In this document: piece by piece, positions 51,074 through 62,268 of the stretch
Position numbering within the stretch: position 1 is the stretch's first letter
How the letters are laid out: each line of letters opens with the position of its first letter
DNA from: Candidatus Rariloculaceae bacterium
GTDB lineage: Bacteria > Pseudomonadota > Gammaproteobacteria > Steroidobacterales > Rariloculaceae
DNA length: 64,000 nt
Reading direction: 5' to 3'
Assembly: GCA_965262365.1 (NCBI GenBank)
Contig: OZ253541.1
Span: forward strand, 5,417,648-5,481,647
Position numbers and translations under genes: made by a program
Notes under the pieces: generated by a model
Seen by the model: only the letters and a program-made list of their open reading frames with translations
The model's database searches: none
Told to the model about the DNA's origin: nothing

Positions 51074-51275
51074 GATGGGAATCCTGGCACGGACATGCCG
51101 AATGGTGCCTGAATTGTCGGAGAATCCCAGCCAGGGTACAAGTTGTGGGGCCTGGCAGCCCGTGAACACATCGTTGACGGCCGTTGCGGCAATCTCCTAA
51201 GCTGCGGACATTGCCCGGACTCGCTGACTCTCGAGCGGTCACGCAGAGAGGGCGTTTCGCTCCGAAACCGAACCG

Positions 51276-53165
51276 ATGCAGAATTCCATGAGTATCGAGT
51301 CAGAAGGCAGTCGCTGTCCCCTGGCAGCCCGCATTTGCGCTGCCCATCGGCGCGCGGCAATAGCGGGACTGCCGGCTGCGCATCGGCGCGCGGCAATAGT
51401 GGGGTTGCTGGCCGCGTTTCTGCTCGGAGGCTGCGCGGTTACGAGCCCCGTATCGAATCCCCAGGCGGACCTGGACTCGCACCTGCTGCTGGCCGAACTC
51501 TCCCGGGAGAGGGAGCAATTCGCTGCGGCGGTGGAGCACTACCTTGAAGCGGCCCTCATATCGGAGAATCCCCAGCTTGCCGAACTGACCGCGGATCTCG
51601 CCCTGCAGGCGAACCTGCCCGGCATCGGCCTGAGGGCCGCGCAGCGCTGGCTGGAGTTGAGCGGGGAGACGAATCGCGCCCATCTGTACACGGGGATTTT
51701 CAGGTTGCGCCTGGGCGAGACCGAGCCGGCGCTCGCGGACTTCGGAACATTCGTCGAGGGGGCCGAGAACGACGCTGCAGCGGTGGCCCGCATTATTGAA
51801 GCCCTGGCGGAGGAGCCGGACGCGGATGCGGATGCGGCAATCGTCGTCGTGCAGCGCCTGGTGGAAGCTAATCCGGATATTGCAGAGGGGCACTACGGGC
51901 TGGCTCGTCTGGCCCTGCGCAGGGGCGACTACGACACGGTGCTGGCGCATTCGGAATTGGCGGCGGCATTGAGTCCGGACTGGGTCGAAGCGCGAATGCT
52001 CTACGCACGCTCGCTGCTGCTCACGGGGAGCGACGAAAATGGCCTGGCGCTGGCCAGGCAACTGGCCGCGGACGAACCCAGGCTGGAAGTGCGGCTGCAG
52101 TTCGCGGAACTATTGTTGTCCACCGGCGGTACCGACGAGGCCCGGGAACTGCTCGACGGGATCCTGGAAGAAAACCCCGGGTTGACGGAGGCGGTCAGGG
52201 CGTTGGCTTTTCTGACGCTGACCGACGGAGACCTGGATGAGTCCCGCGCGCGTTTCAACGAGATTCGTACCGATCCGCGCTTTCGCGACGAAGCCTTCTA
52301 CTACCTGGGACGTATCGCCGAGATGCAGGAGGAGCATCCGCAGGCGATGCGGCACTATTCCAGAGTCGTGGAGGGCAACAATGCGGTGGATGCCCAGTTG
52401 CGGGTCGCGCAACTGCTCTATGTCAATCTGGATGACCCGGATGGCGCGTTGAGGCATTTGCGCGAATTCGGCGTTGCCAATCCCCAATTTGTCACGGACA
52501 TGCTGCTGGGTCGGGGAGAGATTCTCGTGCGGCTCGGGCGTGAGCCCGAAGCAATCCAGCTCCTGGTGGAGGAACTGCAGCGCAGCCCGGATGACGACCG
52601 GCTCCATGACGCCAACGTGCAACTGCACCTGATCCTTGCCCAGGACGCCGTGGAGGAGGAGCGCTACAGTGAGGCACATCGTGTGCTGAACCGGGCGCTC
52701 AACAGCTACCCCGGCAATACCTCGGTCAGATATGCCAGGGCGCTCCTGTTTCAGGAGCGTGGGCGGTTGCGGCGCTCGGCCTCGGCGTTGGAACAACTGG
52801 TGGAGGATTATCCGGACGACGCGGGTTTTCTCAACGCCCTGGGTTACCTGCTGACCGACGAACTGGGACGCCATGACGAGGCCCTGGACTATCTTCGCCG
52901 CGCCCTGGCGGCGGAGCCCGACAACCCGGCCATCATCGACAGCATGGGATGGGTGCTGTTTCACCTGGACGACCATGAGGCCGCCCTGGACTACCTTGAA
53001 CGCGCGTTTGCGCTGTTTCCCGATCCGGAAGTTGCCGCGCACATCGTCGACACCCGTTGGGCGCTGGGGAACCGCGAGCAGGCACTCGAGTTGCTCAGGG
53101 AGTCGTTGGAGGAACACGCCGACAGCGTGCATCTGCTGGAGGTGCAGCAGCGGTTGGCGCAATGA
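51276..53165 (+). CDS. Tetratricopeptide-repeat lipoprotein (conserved gene upstream of lolB)
   Basis: FLLGGC lipobox; TPRs; LNALGYLL, DSMGWVLF, PEVAAH. Confidence 0.85.
   Translation: MQNSMSIESEGSRCPLAARICAAHRRAAIAGLPAAHRRAAIVGLLAAFLLGGCAVTSPVSNPQADLDSHLLLAELSREREQFAAAVEHYLEAALISENPQLAELTADLALQANLPGIGLRAAQRWLELSGETNRAHLYTGIFRLRLGETEPALADFGTFVEGAENDAAAVARIIEALAEEPDADADAAIVVVQRLVEANPDIAEGHYGLARLALRRGDYDTVLAHSELAAALSPDWVEARMLYARSLLLTGSDENGLALARQLAADEPRLEVRLQFAELLLSTGGTDEARELLDGILEENPGLTEAVRALAFLTLTDGDLDESRARFNEIRTDPRFRDEAFYYLGRIAEMQEEHPQAMRHYSRVVEGNNAVDAQLRVAQLLYVNLDDPDGALRHLREFGVANPQFVTDMLLGRGEILVRLGREPEAIQLLVEELQRSPDDDRLHDANVQLHLILAQDAVEEERYSEAHRVLNRALNSYPGNTSVRYARALLFQERGRLRRSASALEQLVEDYPDDAGFLNALGYLLTDELGRHDEALDYLRRALAAEPDNPAIIDSMGWVLFHLDDHEAALDYLERAFALFPDPEVAAHIVDTRWALGNREQALELLRESLEEHADSVHLLEVQQRLAQ
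51339..51410 (+). repeat. 36-bp tandem duplication in the TPR gene signal region
   Basis: Encodes AAHRRAAIAGLP / AAHRRAAIVGLL. Confidence 0.8.
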
Positions 53166-53740
53166 GGCGCGCGGGGCTCGTTTGCATTCTGGTGGGTGGC
53201 TGCGCCCTCTTTCGTACCGCCGAGGACGGTATGAGTTACCAGGAGCGCCTAACCCGCCTGCTGGAAACACCGAACTGGCGCATGAACGGGCGCATCGTCG
53301 TGAACACCGGGTCGCGGGCCTTCCAGGGGCGGTTCCGGTGGCGCCAGGCCGAAGACGATGTCGAGCTTTCCATCAGCGGCCCGCTGGGCATCAACGTGCT
53401 TCAGGTCAGCGGCCCGTCGGAGCGGCTTACGGTGCGGGCAGAAGGTGAAACATGGGAACTCGAGGACCCTGAGCCGGAACTGTCCGCCATGCTGGGATGG
53501 TGGCTCCCCGTACGGAGTCTGGATGCCTGGCTGCTGGGGCACCCGGACCCGGATTTCGAATCGGATCAGCAGTTCAGCCCCGCTCGAACCGAGCTCAGGA
53601 CACTGGATCAGCGCCTGTGGAGCCTCACTTACGAGAGCTATCGGCTCCACGACGGGTTTCTGCTGCCCAGACGCATCGATCTCGCGCACGGGGAGCTGGA
53701 ATTGCGGGTTATAGTGGACGGCTGGCAGCCATCGCCTTGA
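53162..53740 (+). CDS. lolB: Outer-membrane lipoprotein insertase LolB
   Basis: Lipobox LVGGC; W...GRI, FRWRQ, ISGPLG, LGWWLPV; synteny. Confidence 0.85.
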   Translation: MRRAGLVCILVGGCALFRTAEDGMSYQERLTRLLETPNWRMNGRIVVNTGSRAFQGRFRWRQAEDDVELSISGPLGINVLQVSGPSERLTVRAEGETWELEDPEPELSAMLGWWLPVRSLDAWLLGHPDPDFESDQQFSPARTELRTLDQRLWSLTYESYRLHDGFLLPRRIDLAHGELELRVIVDGWQPSP

Positions 53741-53775
53741 ACTCACCCGCCGGGCCGCATCACAATACGACTCAA

Positions 53776-53850
53776 TGGGGTGTAGCCAAGTGGTAAGGCA
53801 ACGGGTTTTGATCCCGTGAATCGCAGGTTCGAATCCTGCCACCCCAGCCA
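53776..53850 (+). tRNA. tRNA-Gln (TTG)
   Basis: TGGGGTG acceptor stem, arm ACGGG-TTTTGAT-CCCGT, TTCGAAT, CCA. Confidence 0.95.
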
Positions 53851-53886
53851 GAACGACAATCGATGGCGGTTGATTAGGAGGTCGGA

Positions 53887-54840
53887 TTGGATCCCGGAAC
53901 AGTGACCGTACTTGCGGGTAACGCGCATCCCGCGCTTGCCCAGAACATTTGCCATCATCTTCACGTGCCCCTGGGCCGAATGAATGTCGGCCGCTTCAGC
54001 GACGGCGAAGTCATGGTCGAAATCATGGAGAACATTCGTGGGCGCGAGGTTTACCTGGTGCAATCGACCTGCCCGCCGGTGAACGAGAACCTGGTGGAGC
54101 TGCTGGTCATGACCGACGCCGTGAAGCGGGCCTCGGCGGCCAGGGTGACCGCGCTCATACCGTACTTCGGTTACGCCAGGCAGGATCGCAGGCCGCGCGC
54201 AAACCGGGTGCCGATCTCGGCCAAATTGATGGCACAGCTGATCGGCAAGGCCGGCGTGGACCGGGTCCTGACGGTGGACCTGCACGCCGACCAGATACAG
54301 GGATTCTTCGATATCCCCGTGGACAATGTCTACGCATCGCCGGTCCTGCTCGGGGATGCCTGGAAGCAGAAATATGACGACATCGTTGTTGTTTCCCCGG
54401 ACGTGGGCGGCGTGGTCCGCGCACGCGCCCTGGCGAAGCGCCTCGACGACGCCGATCTGGCCATCATTGACAAACGCCGCCCGCGGGCGAACATGGCCGA
54501 GGTCATGAACGTGATAGGCGAGGTGGAGGGCAAGGTCTGCATCCTCATGGACGACATGGTGGATACGGCCGGGACGCTGTGCATCGCGGCGCAGACCCTC
54601 AAGGAGCGGGGCGCGGTCCGCGTCGTGGCCTACATTACCCATCCCGTGCTCTCGGGGCCCGCCGTGGAGCGCATCTCGGCCTCGGAGCTCGATGAACTGG
54701 TCGTGACCGACACCATACCGCTGAGCGAGGAGGCCCACGCCTGCGACAGGATACGCCAGCTCAGCGTTGGCGAACTGCTCGCCGAGACCATGCGCAGAAT
54801 CAGTGACGCCGAATCGGTCAGCTCACTGTACGTGGACTGA
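53887..54840 (+). CDS. prs: Ribose-phosphate pyrophosphokinase
   Basis: [33 protein letters not shown]. Confidence 0.97.
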   Translation: MDPGTVTVLAGNAHPALAQNICHHLHVPLGRMNVGRFSDGEVMVEIMENIRGREVYLVQSTCPPVNENLVELLVMTDAVKRASAARVTALIPYFGYARQDRRPRANRVPISAKLMAQLIGKAGVDRVLTVDLHADQIQGFFDIPVDNVYASPVLLGDAWKQKYDDIVVVSPDVGGVVRARALAKRLDDADLAIIDKRRPRANMAEVMNVIGEVEGKVCILMDDMVDTAGTLCIAAQTLKERGAVRVVAYITHPVLSGPAVERISASELDELVVTDTIPLSEEAHACDRIRQLSVGELLAETMRRISDAESVSSLYVD

Positions 54841-54870
54841 CTGTGCGTGGACTAACTGTACCTGGACTAG
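54826..54870 (+). repeat. 3 x 15-bp in-frame tandem repeat of the prs 3' end
   Basis: CTGTACGTGGACTGA / CTGTGCGTGGACTAA / CTGTACCTGGACTAG. Confidence 0.85.
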
Positions 54871-54909
54871 CTGTCGCTGGTAATATCCTGCGCCCGCTGG
54901 ACGGAGACC

Positions 54910-55593
54910 GTGATGAGTACCGGATTTGCGCTGGACATTGAAAACAGGTCCGATTTGGGGACAGGCAACAGCCGCAGGCTGCGCAGGCAGGGCAAGGTGC
55001 CCGCCATCATCTATGGCGGCGGCCGCAAACCCAGGGCCGTGGTACTCGACCATACCAGGCTGCTTCACGAAATGGAGCAGGAGGCGTTCTATACGAGCAT
55101 TCTCACGCTGACCCTGGGGGACGTTTCCCAGCCCGTGGTGGTCAAGGATGTCCAGCGTCACCCCTCCAGGCGGCAAGTGCTGCACCTGGATTTTCAGCGC
55201 ATTCGCGAGGACCAGAAGATCAACCTCAATGTGCCGATCCATTTTCTGGGTGCGGATGTCGCCATGGGGGTCAGGGAACAAGGCGGTGAGGTCTCGGTCC
55301 AGCTCACGGAGGTCGAGGTAAGCTGTCTGCCGAAAGACTTGCCCGAGTTCATCGAGGTTGATATTTCGGATCTGGAACTGAATCAACGGCTGCATCTGGC
55401 TGACGTGGAGATCCCGGAAGGGGTGGAATTGCCGGCGCTGGTCCACGGATTGGATCCCTCCATCGTCACCATTATCCCGCGACGGCGGGAGGAAGAGGAC
55501 GAAGTACCGGAGCTCGAAGAGGAGCTGGAACTGATGGTGCCGGTGGACGAAGAAGATCCGGATGCCTCGGCAGAGGACGAATCCTCAGAGTAG
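54910..55593 (+). CDS. rplY: 50S ribosomal protein L25/Ctc
   Basis: SRRLRRQGKVPAIIYG, KDVQRHP, HLDFQR. Confidence 0.95.
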   Translation: MMSTGFALDIENRSDLGTGNSRRLRRQGKVPAIIYGGGRKPRAVVLDHTRLLHEMEQEAFYTSILTLTLGDVSQPVVVKDVQRHPSRRQVLHLDFQRIREDQKINLNVPIHFLGADVAMGVREQGGEVSVQLTEVEVSCLPKDLPEFIEVDISDLELNQRLHLADVEIPEGVELPALVHGLDPSIVTIIPRRREEEDEVPELEEELELMVPVDEEDPDASAEDESSE

Positions 55594-55690
55594 GGCCTGT
55601 TAACGCTATCCGAGATAGCTCAGCCCCGATATCGGGCCGGCGTGTACATTGGCCCGGTCGCCGTGACCGGCTTCGGCGCAGGAGTCCGGC

Positions 55691-56320
55691 ATGGACGAAT
55701 CATTGGAACTCATAGTCGGTCTGGGCAACCCCGGCCTCGAGTACCGTCGCGCCCGCCATAACGCCGGTTTCTGGTTCGTGGACTTGCTGGCTCAGCGGCA
55801 CGGGGGCGAATTCCGGGCGCGCCGCCGCCTGTTCGGCGACGTTGCCGAGATCACCCTCGAGGGCCGCCGGATCCGGATGCTCAAGCCGATGACGTACATG
55901 AACGACAGCGGCAGGGCGGTAGCCGCGGCGTGCGCGTTCTACAAGATACCGTCCCAGCGACTGCTGGTGGCCTACGATGAACTGGATATCCCACCTGGCC
56001 GCGCCAAGCTCCGGTTCAACGGTGGCCCCGGCGGCCACAACGGCGTGCGAAACGTTGCCGAGTGCGTCGGCAGGGATTTCTGGCGGCTGCGGTTGGGCAT
56101 CGGTCACCCGGGGCCCGGTCAAAGGGAGCGGGTGATCGGCTACGTGCTGAGACGCCCGACGCCCGATGAGCAGGGCGCCATACTCGATGCCGTACTCGCT
56201 GCGGCGGATGCGCTGGAGGTTTTTCTGGACAAGGGCGCGGAGCGGGCCAAGACGCAATTGCACAGCCGTCACCTTGAGGACCGGACGCCGGATGGCGCGG
56301 ACCCGGAAGGGGCCGAGTAG
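55691..56320 (+). CDS. pth: Peptidyl-tRNA hydrolase
   Basis: LIVGLGNPG, RHNAGF, KPMTYMNDSG, GGHNG. Confidence 0.95.
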   Translation: MDESLELIVGLGNPGLEYRRARHNAGFWFVDLLAQRHGGEFRARRRLFGDVAEITLEGRRIRMLKPMTYMNDSGRAVAAACAFYKIPSQRLLVAYDELDIPPGRAKLRFNGGPGGHNGVRNVAECVGRDFWRLRLGIGHPGPGQRERVIGYVLRRPTPDEQGAILDAVLAAADALEVFLDKGAERAKTQLHSRHLEDRTPDGADPEGAE

Positions 56321-56334
56321 GCGCCGCAGCGATC

Positions 56335-57426
56335 GTGGGCATCAAATGCGGTCTGGTCGGGCTGCCGAACGTGGGCAAATCGACGCTGTTCAACGCGCTG
56401 ACCGCCATGGAAGTGCCCGCGGAAAACTATCCGTTCTGCACCGTGGACCCGAACGTGGGCATCGTCGGCGTGTCCGACCCCAATCTGGAGCGTATCGCGG
56501 AAGTTGCCAGACCCGGAAGAACGGTTCCGGCAGCCGTCGAATTCGTGGATGTCGCGGGGCTTGTTCGCGGCGCCTCGCGAGGCGAGGGCCTCGGAAACCG
56601 TTTTCTCGCGCATCTTCGCGAAGCCGATGCCATCGTCCATGTGGTCAGGTGCTTTGCCGGTAGCGGCGTCGCCCACGTTTCGGGAACGGTCGACCCGGTA
56701 TCGGATATGGATACCATCGACACGGAGTTGCTGCTGGCGGACCTGGAGACGCTGACGCGGGCCGAGGAGAAGGCGGAGCGGCGGGCAAGGACCAGTGAGG
56801 CCGACGCGATCGCATGGCTTGAACTGGTCAGGCGGGTGCACGGGGAGGTGGCAGCCGGGCGTGCCGTGAGGGACGTTGCGATAGCGCCCGAGCAACGCAG
56901 CAAGCTGGATGTTCTCCAACTCCTCACCGCCAAACCGGTCATGTACGCGGCCAATGTATCGGAGTCCGGTCTCACCGATGCGGCCGAGGCGGATCCGGTG
57001 CTGACGCGCGCTGCGACCGAAGGTGGTCCGGCGGTGGTCATTTGTGCGACGTTCGAGGCCGCGCTGGCAGAACTGCCCGAGCAGGACAGGGACCTGTTTC
57101 TGGGTGAAATGGGGTTGTCCGCACCCGGGTTGGAGCGAATGATCAACGCTGCGTACGGGCTGCTGAACCTTTTGACCTTCTATACGGTAAACGAGAAGGA
57201 AGCCCGAGCGTGGACCGTGCCCGAGGGCGCCACAGCCTACGTGGCCGCCGGCAGAATCCACACGGACTTTCAGCGTGGATTCATCCGCGCCGAAGTGGTT
57301 CCCGTGGAAACGTTCGTCTCCCGCGGCGGCGAGCAGGGCGCCAGGGAAGCCGGGGAGTTGCGTCTGGAAGGACGGGACTATCGCGTCGCTCGCGGCGATG
57401 TGATCAAGTTTCGCTTTAACGTCTGA
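56335..57426 (+). CDS. ychF: Redox-regulated ATPase YchF
   Basis: GLPNVGKSTLFNALT, NYPFCT, GEGLGNRFL, IHTDFQRGFIRAE. Confidence 0.97.
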   Translation: MGIKCGLVGLPNVGKSTLFNALTAMEVPAENYPFCTVDPNVGIVGVSDPNLERIAEVARPGRTVPAAVEFVDVAGLVRGASRGEGLGNRFLAHLREADAIVHVVRCFAGSGVAHVSGTVDPVSDMDTIDTELLLADLETLTRAEEKAERRARTSEADAIAWLELVRRVHGEVAAGRAVRDVAIAPEQRSKLDVLQLLTAKPVMYAANVSESGLTDAAEADPVLTRAATEGGPAVVICATFEAALAELPEQDRDLFLGEMGLSAPGLERMINAAYGLLNLLTFYTVNEKEARAWTVPEGATAYVAAGRIHTDFQRGFIRAEVVPVETFVSRGGEQGAREAGELRLEGRDYRVARGDVIKFRFNV

Positions 57427-57456
57427 GAATGGGTGCGTACGCACCCATTCGGCGGA

Positions 57457-58860
57457 TCAGGGTGACGCGGCAATACCCAGGACCGAGTACCAGAGAAACT
57501 GCACCAGCTTCAGCAACGAGTCTTCGGGAATCCGTTCGTCGTCGCCGTGGGAGCCGCCGCCGGTACTCAGGTCCTCCTCATGGCGGACCGGGCCGAAACC
57601 GTAGCAGGCGACGCCCTTTGCCCTCACCTGCGCCATATCAGTGGCGCCGGTGAGCATCGTGGGCAGCGTCACCGCCTCCGGGAACATGCGTTCGCTGACC
57701 GCCTGGATGACGTCGAACATTTCGCTGTCGATGGGCGAGGGCGGGCTCGCCGGGCGGTAGATGGGCTGCGGAACGATTTCCACGTTCGGATTGTTGACTA
57801 CCGCGGCCATGTGGGCGTAGAACTCCTCGGGGCTTTCGTCCGGCAGTGCGCGGACATCCAGCATGGCTTCGGCCTGGGACGGAATGACGTTTCTGCGGAA
57901 TCCGCCGCTGAGGATGGTCGGACTCACTCCCGTGCGTAGCAGTGCGTTGTGCTGGGGCTCGTGCAGCGCCAGGTAGTGCTGGCTGCGGGCTTGCTCCGCG
58001 GGATCCAGCAGCCCGAGGTAGATTTGCGCGGATTCTTCGTCGCTGATGGCCGCGAGCCTCTGAAAGTAGGCGCGCGTGGTCTGGTTCAGGCGCATGGGCG
58101 GTTGCCACTCCGAGAGCTTTGTCACCGCCGCGGCCAAGGCGGCCAGCGCATTGTCCACCCGCGGCACCGACCCGTGTCCGGCCGTTCCGCGGGCTACCAG
58201 GCGAACGCGCATGGGGAATTTCTCGGTGGTCGCGATGGAGACATACCGGACCACGCCGTCCCGGGCCACCGTGCCGCCGCCCTCGGCCAGGCAGTACTCG
58301 GCAGCCACCTCGTCCCAGTGCTCGTTGACCATGAAGTCGACGCCGACCTCGGGAGTGCCTTCCTCGCCCGCTTCGGCCAGAAAGATGACGTCCCGATCCA
58401 GTTCCACGCCGGCGCGATCGAGCATCAGCAGAAGCATCAGCCCCGCAGTGACGTTGTCCTTGTCGTCCAGCGCGCCGCGGCCGTAGATGTAGCCGTCCCG
58501 GCGCACGGCGTCGAAGGGTGCAACCGACCAGTTCTCCCGCTGGACGCCGACCACGTCGGTGTGGCCCATGACCAGGATCGGCGCCTTCGAACCGTTGCCG
58601 CCGATCCGCGCCACCAGGTTGTCCCGACCCGGCACCATGGCGTACAGGCGGCCTTCGATCCCTTCGGCCTCCAGAGCATCCCGCAGATAGACTGCCGCTG
58701 CGGTTTCGTTGCCCGGCGGGTTGGAGGTGTCGATGCGTAAGAGCGCCGTGAAGTGGTCCAGCGATTCGGACTCTACCTGGTCCCAGTCAACCGGATACCG
58801 ATCCTGGCAGACGCCGGCGACGGGCAACGCCAATACCAACGCAACAAACAACCTATACAT
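57457..58860 (-). CDS. Secreted M20/M25/M40-family metallopeptidase
   Basis: Signal peptide; [27 protein letters not shown]. Confidence 0.9.
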   Translation of the reverse strand: MYRLFVALVLALPVAGVCQDRYPVDWDQVESESLDHFTALLRIDTSNPPGNETAAAVYLRDALEAEGIEGRLYAMVPGRDNLVARIGGNGSKAPILVMGHTDVVGVQRENWSVAPFDAVRRDGYIYGRGALDDKDNVTAGLMLLLMLDRAGVELDRDVIFLAEAGEEGTPEVGVDFMVNEHWDEVAAEYCLAEGGGTVARDGVVRYVSIATTEKFPMRVRLVARGTAGHGSVPRVDNALAALAAAVTKLSEWQPPMRLNQTTRAYFQRLAAISDEESAQIYLGLLDPAEQARSQHYLALHEPQHNALLRTGVSPTILSGGFRRNVIPSQAEAMLDVRALPDESPEEFYAHMAAVVNNPNVEIVPQPIYRPASPPSPIDSEMFDVIQAVSERMFPEAVTLPTMLTGATDMAQVRAKGVACYGFGPVRHEEDLSTGGGSHGDDERIPEDSLLKLVQFLWYSVLGIAASP

Positions 58861-58985
58861 GACAACTCCCGCGCACGACGCGTGATGATGCAATCGACAG
58901 CCTATCTTATAGGGCGCGAGCGTCTCTGGAATATGTTTGGGAAGGGAGGTTGGAAATGCGGATGCCGCAGAGTGCGAAACAGGGG

Positions 58986-60936
58986 TCAGTCGATCGGCTT
59001 GCCATCAGCATCGTATCTGGCCAGTTGCCGGATCCCGCTCGATATCGACAAGGTACCATCCAGGTATCGACGAACGATTATTGCGCCAGGGAAAGCCCTG
59101 GAGAGGAGAATGCTATGAATTGAAACTGAAACCTCTCGTAGCGATCCAGCGGGTTCGACTCCCGCCCGGCAAAGGCGCAGCCCGCCAGCCGGAAGCAAGT
59201 CTTGCGTGGCGCGCGGCAACGCCCGTCGTGAAGCGTAGACAGCAGGTGATGAAGCGGCGGAGGAAGCCTCGAAATCGGAATCGATGACGCCTTCATTGTT
59301 AATCGTGTGGGGGCAGCACCGGAAGCGCCGCTATTGGTGAGGCGCAACGGGTCGTCCGGGGTCGTGGACCGGCGCAGAGTCACGGAATGGATCGCCTGGG
59401 AACCTGGGAGGTCCTGCTCACGCCCACGGGCAACGACGCTGGAAGGGGATTGCCAGCATAAATCCAGACCCCGGCCCGTCGCCGGGCCTGCACGGCGGCG
59501 GGACCGCCCGATGCGGACACGAATTCCGACAGGCACCCGTGGAACCGGCTGGCGAAAACAATAAGCCGAAGGACATGCGAGGGCAGGAAGTCGTAGCGCC
59601 TTGATAGTACCTGTGAAGGCGGGGAACCGTGGCCCTCGGGACCCGCTGGAGGGAAGCGGGGCGTCACTTGTACAGAGCCACTGATGGGAAACGCTGGAGG
59701 AAACGCTGAGTTCCACAAACACGTACACGAAACAGCAGTGGATAGCCGAACAGGCGAGGGAGCGGTCTTCCTCAACCTGCGGATCAAGGACGAAACTCCT
59801 TGAGCGAACCTGTCAGGTGAGGAACCGAGTGCGTCAATCGCGCACGCTCGGGTCTGCGGGGGGAGGGGCTCGGTAACGACCCCTCCTACCCGGCCGCGAG
59901 AGTTGGCCAACCTGCACTTCAGACGATCGCCAGGCAGCCTCAACAAGCGGCTCTTGAAGCGCACGCAATTGTCCTTGCGCACGACCCTCCAGTACTGCTC
60001 ACACAGGATGTCGACCAATTGAGAGGGATCCGTACAAGGTTCGAACGCAGAACCCTCTCGTTGAGCGACCTGCTGGAATTCCTCGTTGTATGCGCGCTGA
60101 TAGATACTTGCCAGGTAGCGGTTGGCTGCGGCAAATTCGGTGATCCCTGCAGCCGCAAGTTCCGACGGTAACCGGTTCATATGAGTTTGAAAGACGCGCT
60201 GGCAGCGTGTGCGAACCTGCGTGGAGCGAGTTGCGACCAACTTGATCCCAAGCTGCATCATTGCCCGCTCAATCTGGGTGAGTTTCCGGGGACCTTGTGT
60301 TTCGGCCGCCTCCGCCTTCCCTTTGTATCGATACTGTGACGTACGATCAGTGTAAAGCGAGCAGAAAAACCCCTTTCGCTCGAGCACGTCACGGACGCCG
60401 ACAAGGCTGCTCCGGGTACCTGCCTGTTCGCAGACGAACATCGAATAGTGCTCACTCGTGGCGTCGTCCAATGTCACCACCAGATCGCAGTGACGCCCAG
60501 CCAGCCACTCGTGTCTGGAACTATCCTGGTGCAGCCTCAGGCCGGGTAGCGACGCGCGATCAAAGCGCAAACGGTGCAGCCCCCGCCGCGGCAGTTTTTT
60601 AACAGCCCCTGCGTCCTGCAGTTGCATCCGCACCCAGTTGTAGCTGCGCTGGCCGCCTTCGTAGCGGTACCAGGCGTAGAATTGTTTGACGTTCCAGCCT
60701 TCGTGTTGCTTGTTGTATGCGTTGACCACGTCTGCAATCTCGTCCAGCGGCGCCCGACGTGGAGAGCCCCGTAACTGGCGTCTATCGATCAATCCCTCCG
60801 AACCGCCGCTTTCGAAACGATGAACGTAACGACGAAACGTTCTATCGCTTACACCAAGCAATTTGGCCGCTACGGTCTGTGTAATCCTACGGGACTTCCA
60901 GGCTCTGTACAGACTTTCAAACTTCATGATCCGCAA
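58986..60936 (-). pseudogene. ISNCY-family transposase interrupted by an antisense group II intron (coding parts 60936-59895 and 59080-58986; 378 aa rejoined)
   Basis: HTH AAKLLGVSDRTFRR, LHQDSSRHEWL, TLDDATSE, YTDR; rejoined C-terminus [37 protein letters not shown]. Confidence 0.85.
59081..59894 (+). ncRNA. ORF-less group II intron (IIB-like), copy 2
   Basis: Same 814 nt as 10856-11669 (matching ORF-track translations); EBS1 at 59300-59306, domain V at 59822-59854. Confidence 0.9.
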
Positions 60937-62268
60937 ACCATCAAGAGTAACTTCCCAATACTTCTGTTGAATTGCCGCACTCGTTCATGTGCGAATTCCC
61001 CAACATGAGTGCGAAGGAAAGGCTGAATACTGAAGCAGTTTGAATTCAACTTTAGGGTATAGTTGGGTTTTGGCGAAGATGATTCGATGTGATTCAACGA
61101 ACAGCCTGATCGTGGCATCCCTCTATATAGCTATGATCGAATTTCTGGCAGAAAGTTCTCGGAATTTGTTTATTGTATCGAATCTTGGCGAGATACCGGT
61201 CCAAAAATTGTGTCGTTTCTTGCATTCAGCAAATTGCAGTAGCCTATAAACATAACGAATGACCGCCAATAAGATACGGTCAGTTCATCGGAAAGGCTTG
61301 CATACTGATTGATGTCCCTTGCAAATCAGTTTATCTGTTTTGTTACGAAAACCACGAAAGATGTCCACCTTGGTGAACACGAACGCAACGCCAGATGGTT
61401 GCTGCTGCATTCGGCGCACCGCTGTAGCCGGAAAAGTGCGGCCCCCCGCCGTCGTCAGGCGATGAGTCGGGACGGAGGTGCCAGCAAGCTGCAAACCTGT
61501 CGGGAAAAGGGCCGTAGATGAGAGGCTAGTGATCGATTGGCTTTCGATTCGATGTCAGCGAAAACACTTTTCGAAAACAGAATTGGTCAGTTGACGTGTT
61601 TTGCTGTTCTTCATATCCAATAGATTCGGTGGACAACAAGTTGGTGTTGATTCAGCTTCAGCAATTTAGCATTGACTGAAGATACATGGTGGTTAACTTT
61701 AACAAGCAAGAGTTTGCCAACTGATACTGATAATATTTCGTTACAAACTAAAGGGAAACGCCAATGGTTCGTTCAATTGGATCCAGGCACTATGCTATTT
61801 TGATGGCGGCGATTCAGTAGCCCTTGCATCAGAACCTCACTTAACAGCGGGAGACAGTCATCAGCCCATGAGATTCGTGGTAGACAGGTCCGGGAAATCT
61901 GGTCAGCTCAGGTTTCGTAACGTTAGCTGGAACGTTGCTGAAAGATATTGCCCGCTCGCTCAGTGGTGCCTGTGCCCGATGACACGGCAGAAGGCATGGA
62001 GGCCACTGAAGCGCAGGGAACCCCGGAGGAAGAATTCAGATCGCGTAGGGATGCGCACCTTCAGGCGCGAGCGTCCGTGGGGCGAGGGTCGCTCACACCG
62101 GCACCCACGATTGAACCGCTTGCGATTCTCGTCTCGAAGATCTGCCCGGCGCCGCGAGTAGTCAGGCGCTCGCCCGAATTGGGGCATCGGCTTGCGCCAA
62201 CCTGGCCATTGCGCTTGTCCGGCGCGCATTGTTTGGTTGTGGCGCGCATCCGGGTTAGAGTTTCGGCA

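Larger units (their letters stand above)
58934..61005 (-). mobile_element. ISNCY-type insertion sequence containing the intron (about 1.26 kb without it)
   Basis: Tentative 10-bp IR TGTTTGGGAA (58934) / TTCCCCAACA (60996-61005), 9/10; no TSD seen. Confidence 0.55.

Noticed and set aside
59041-59080. Site of intron copy 2 read as a second IS66 TIR (reverse complement GTAATCGTTCGTCG)
   Set aside because: It is ISNCY coding sequence in frame, and there is no partner end or IS66 body.
61948-62268. 5' extension of tctC, and similar extensions of prfA, mreB, rodA, mltB, gatB and GST in the ORF track
   Set aside because: Family similarity starts at downstream start codons.
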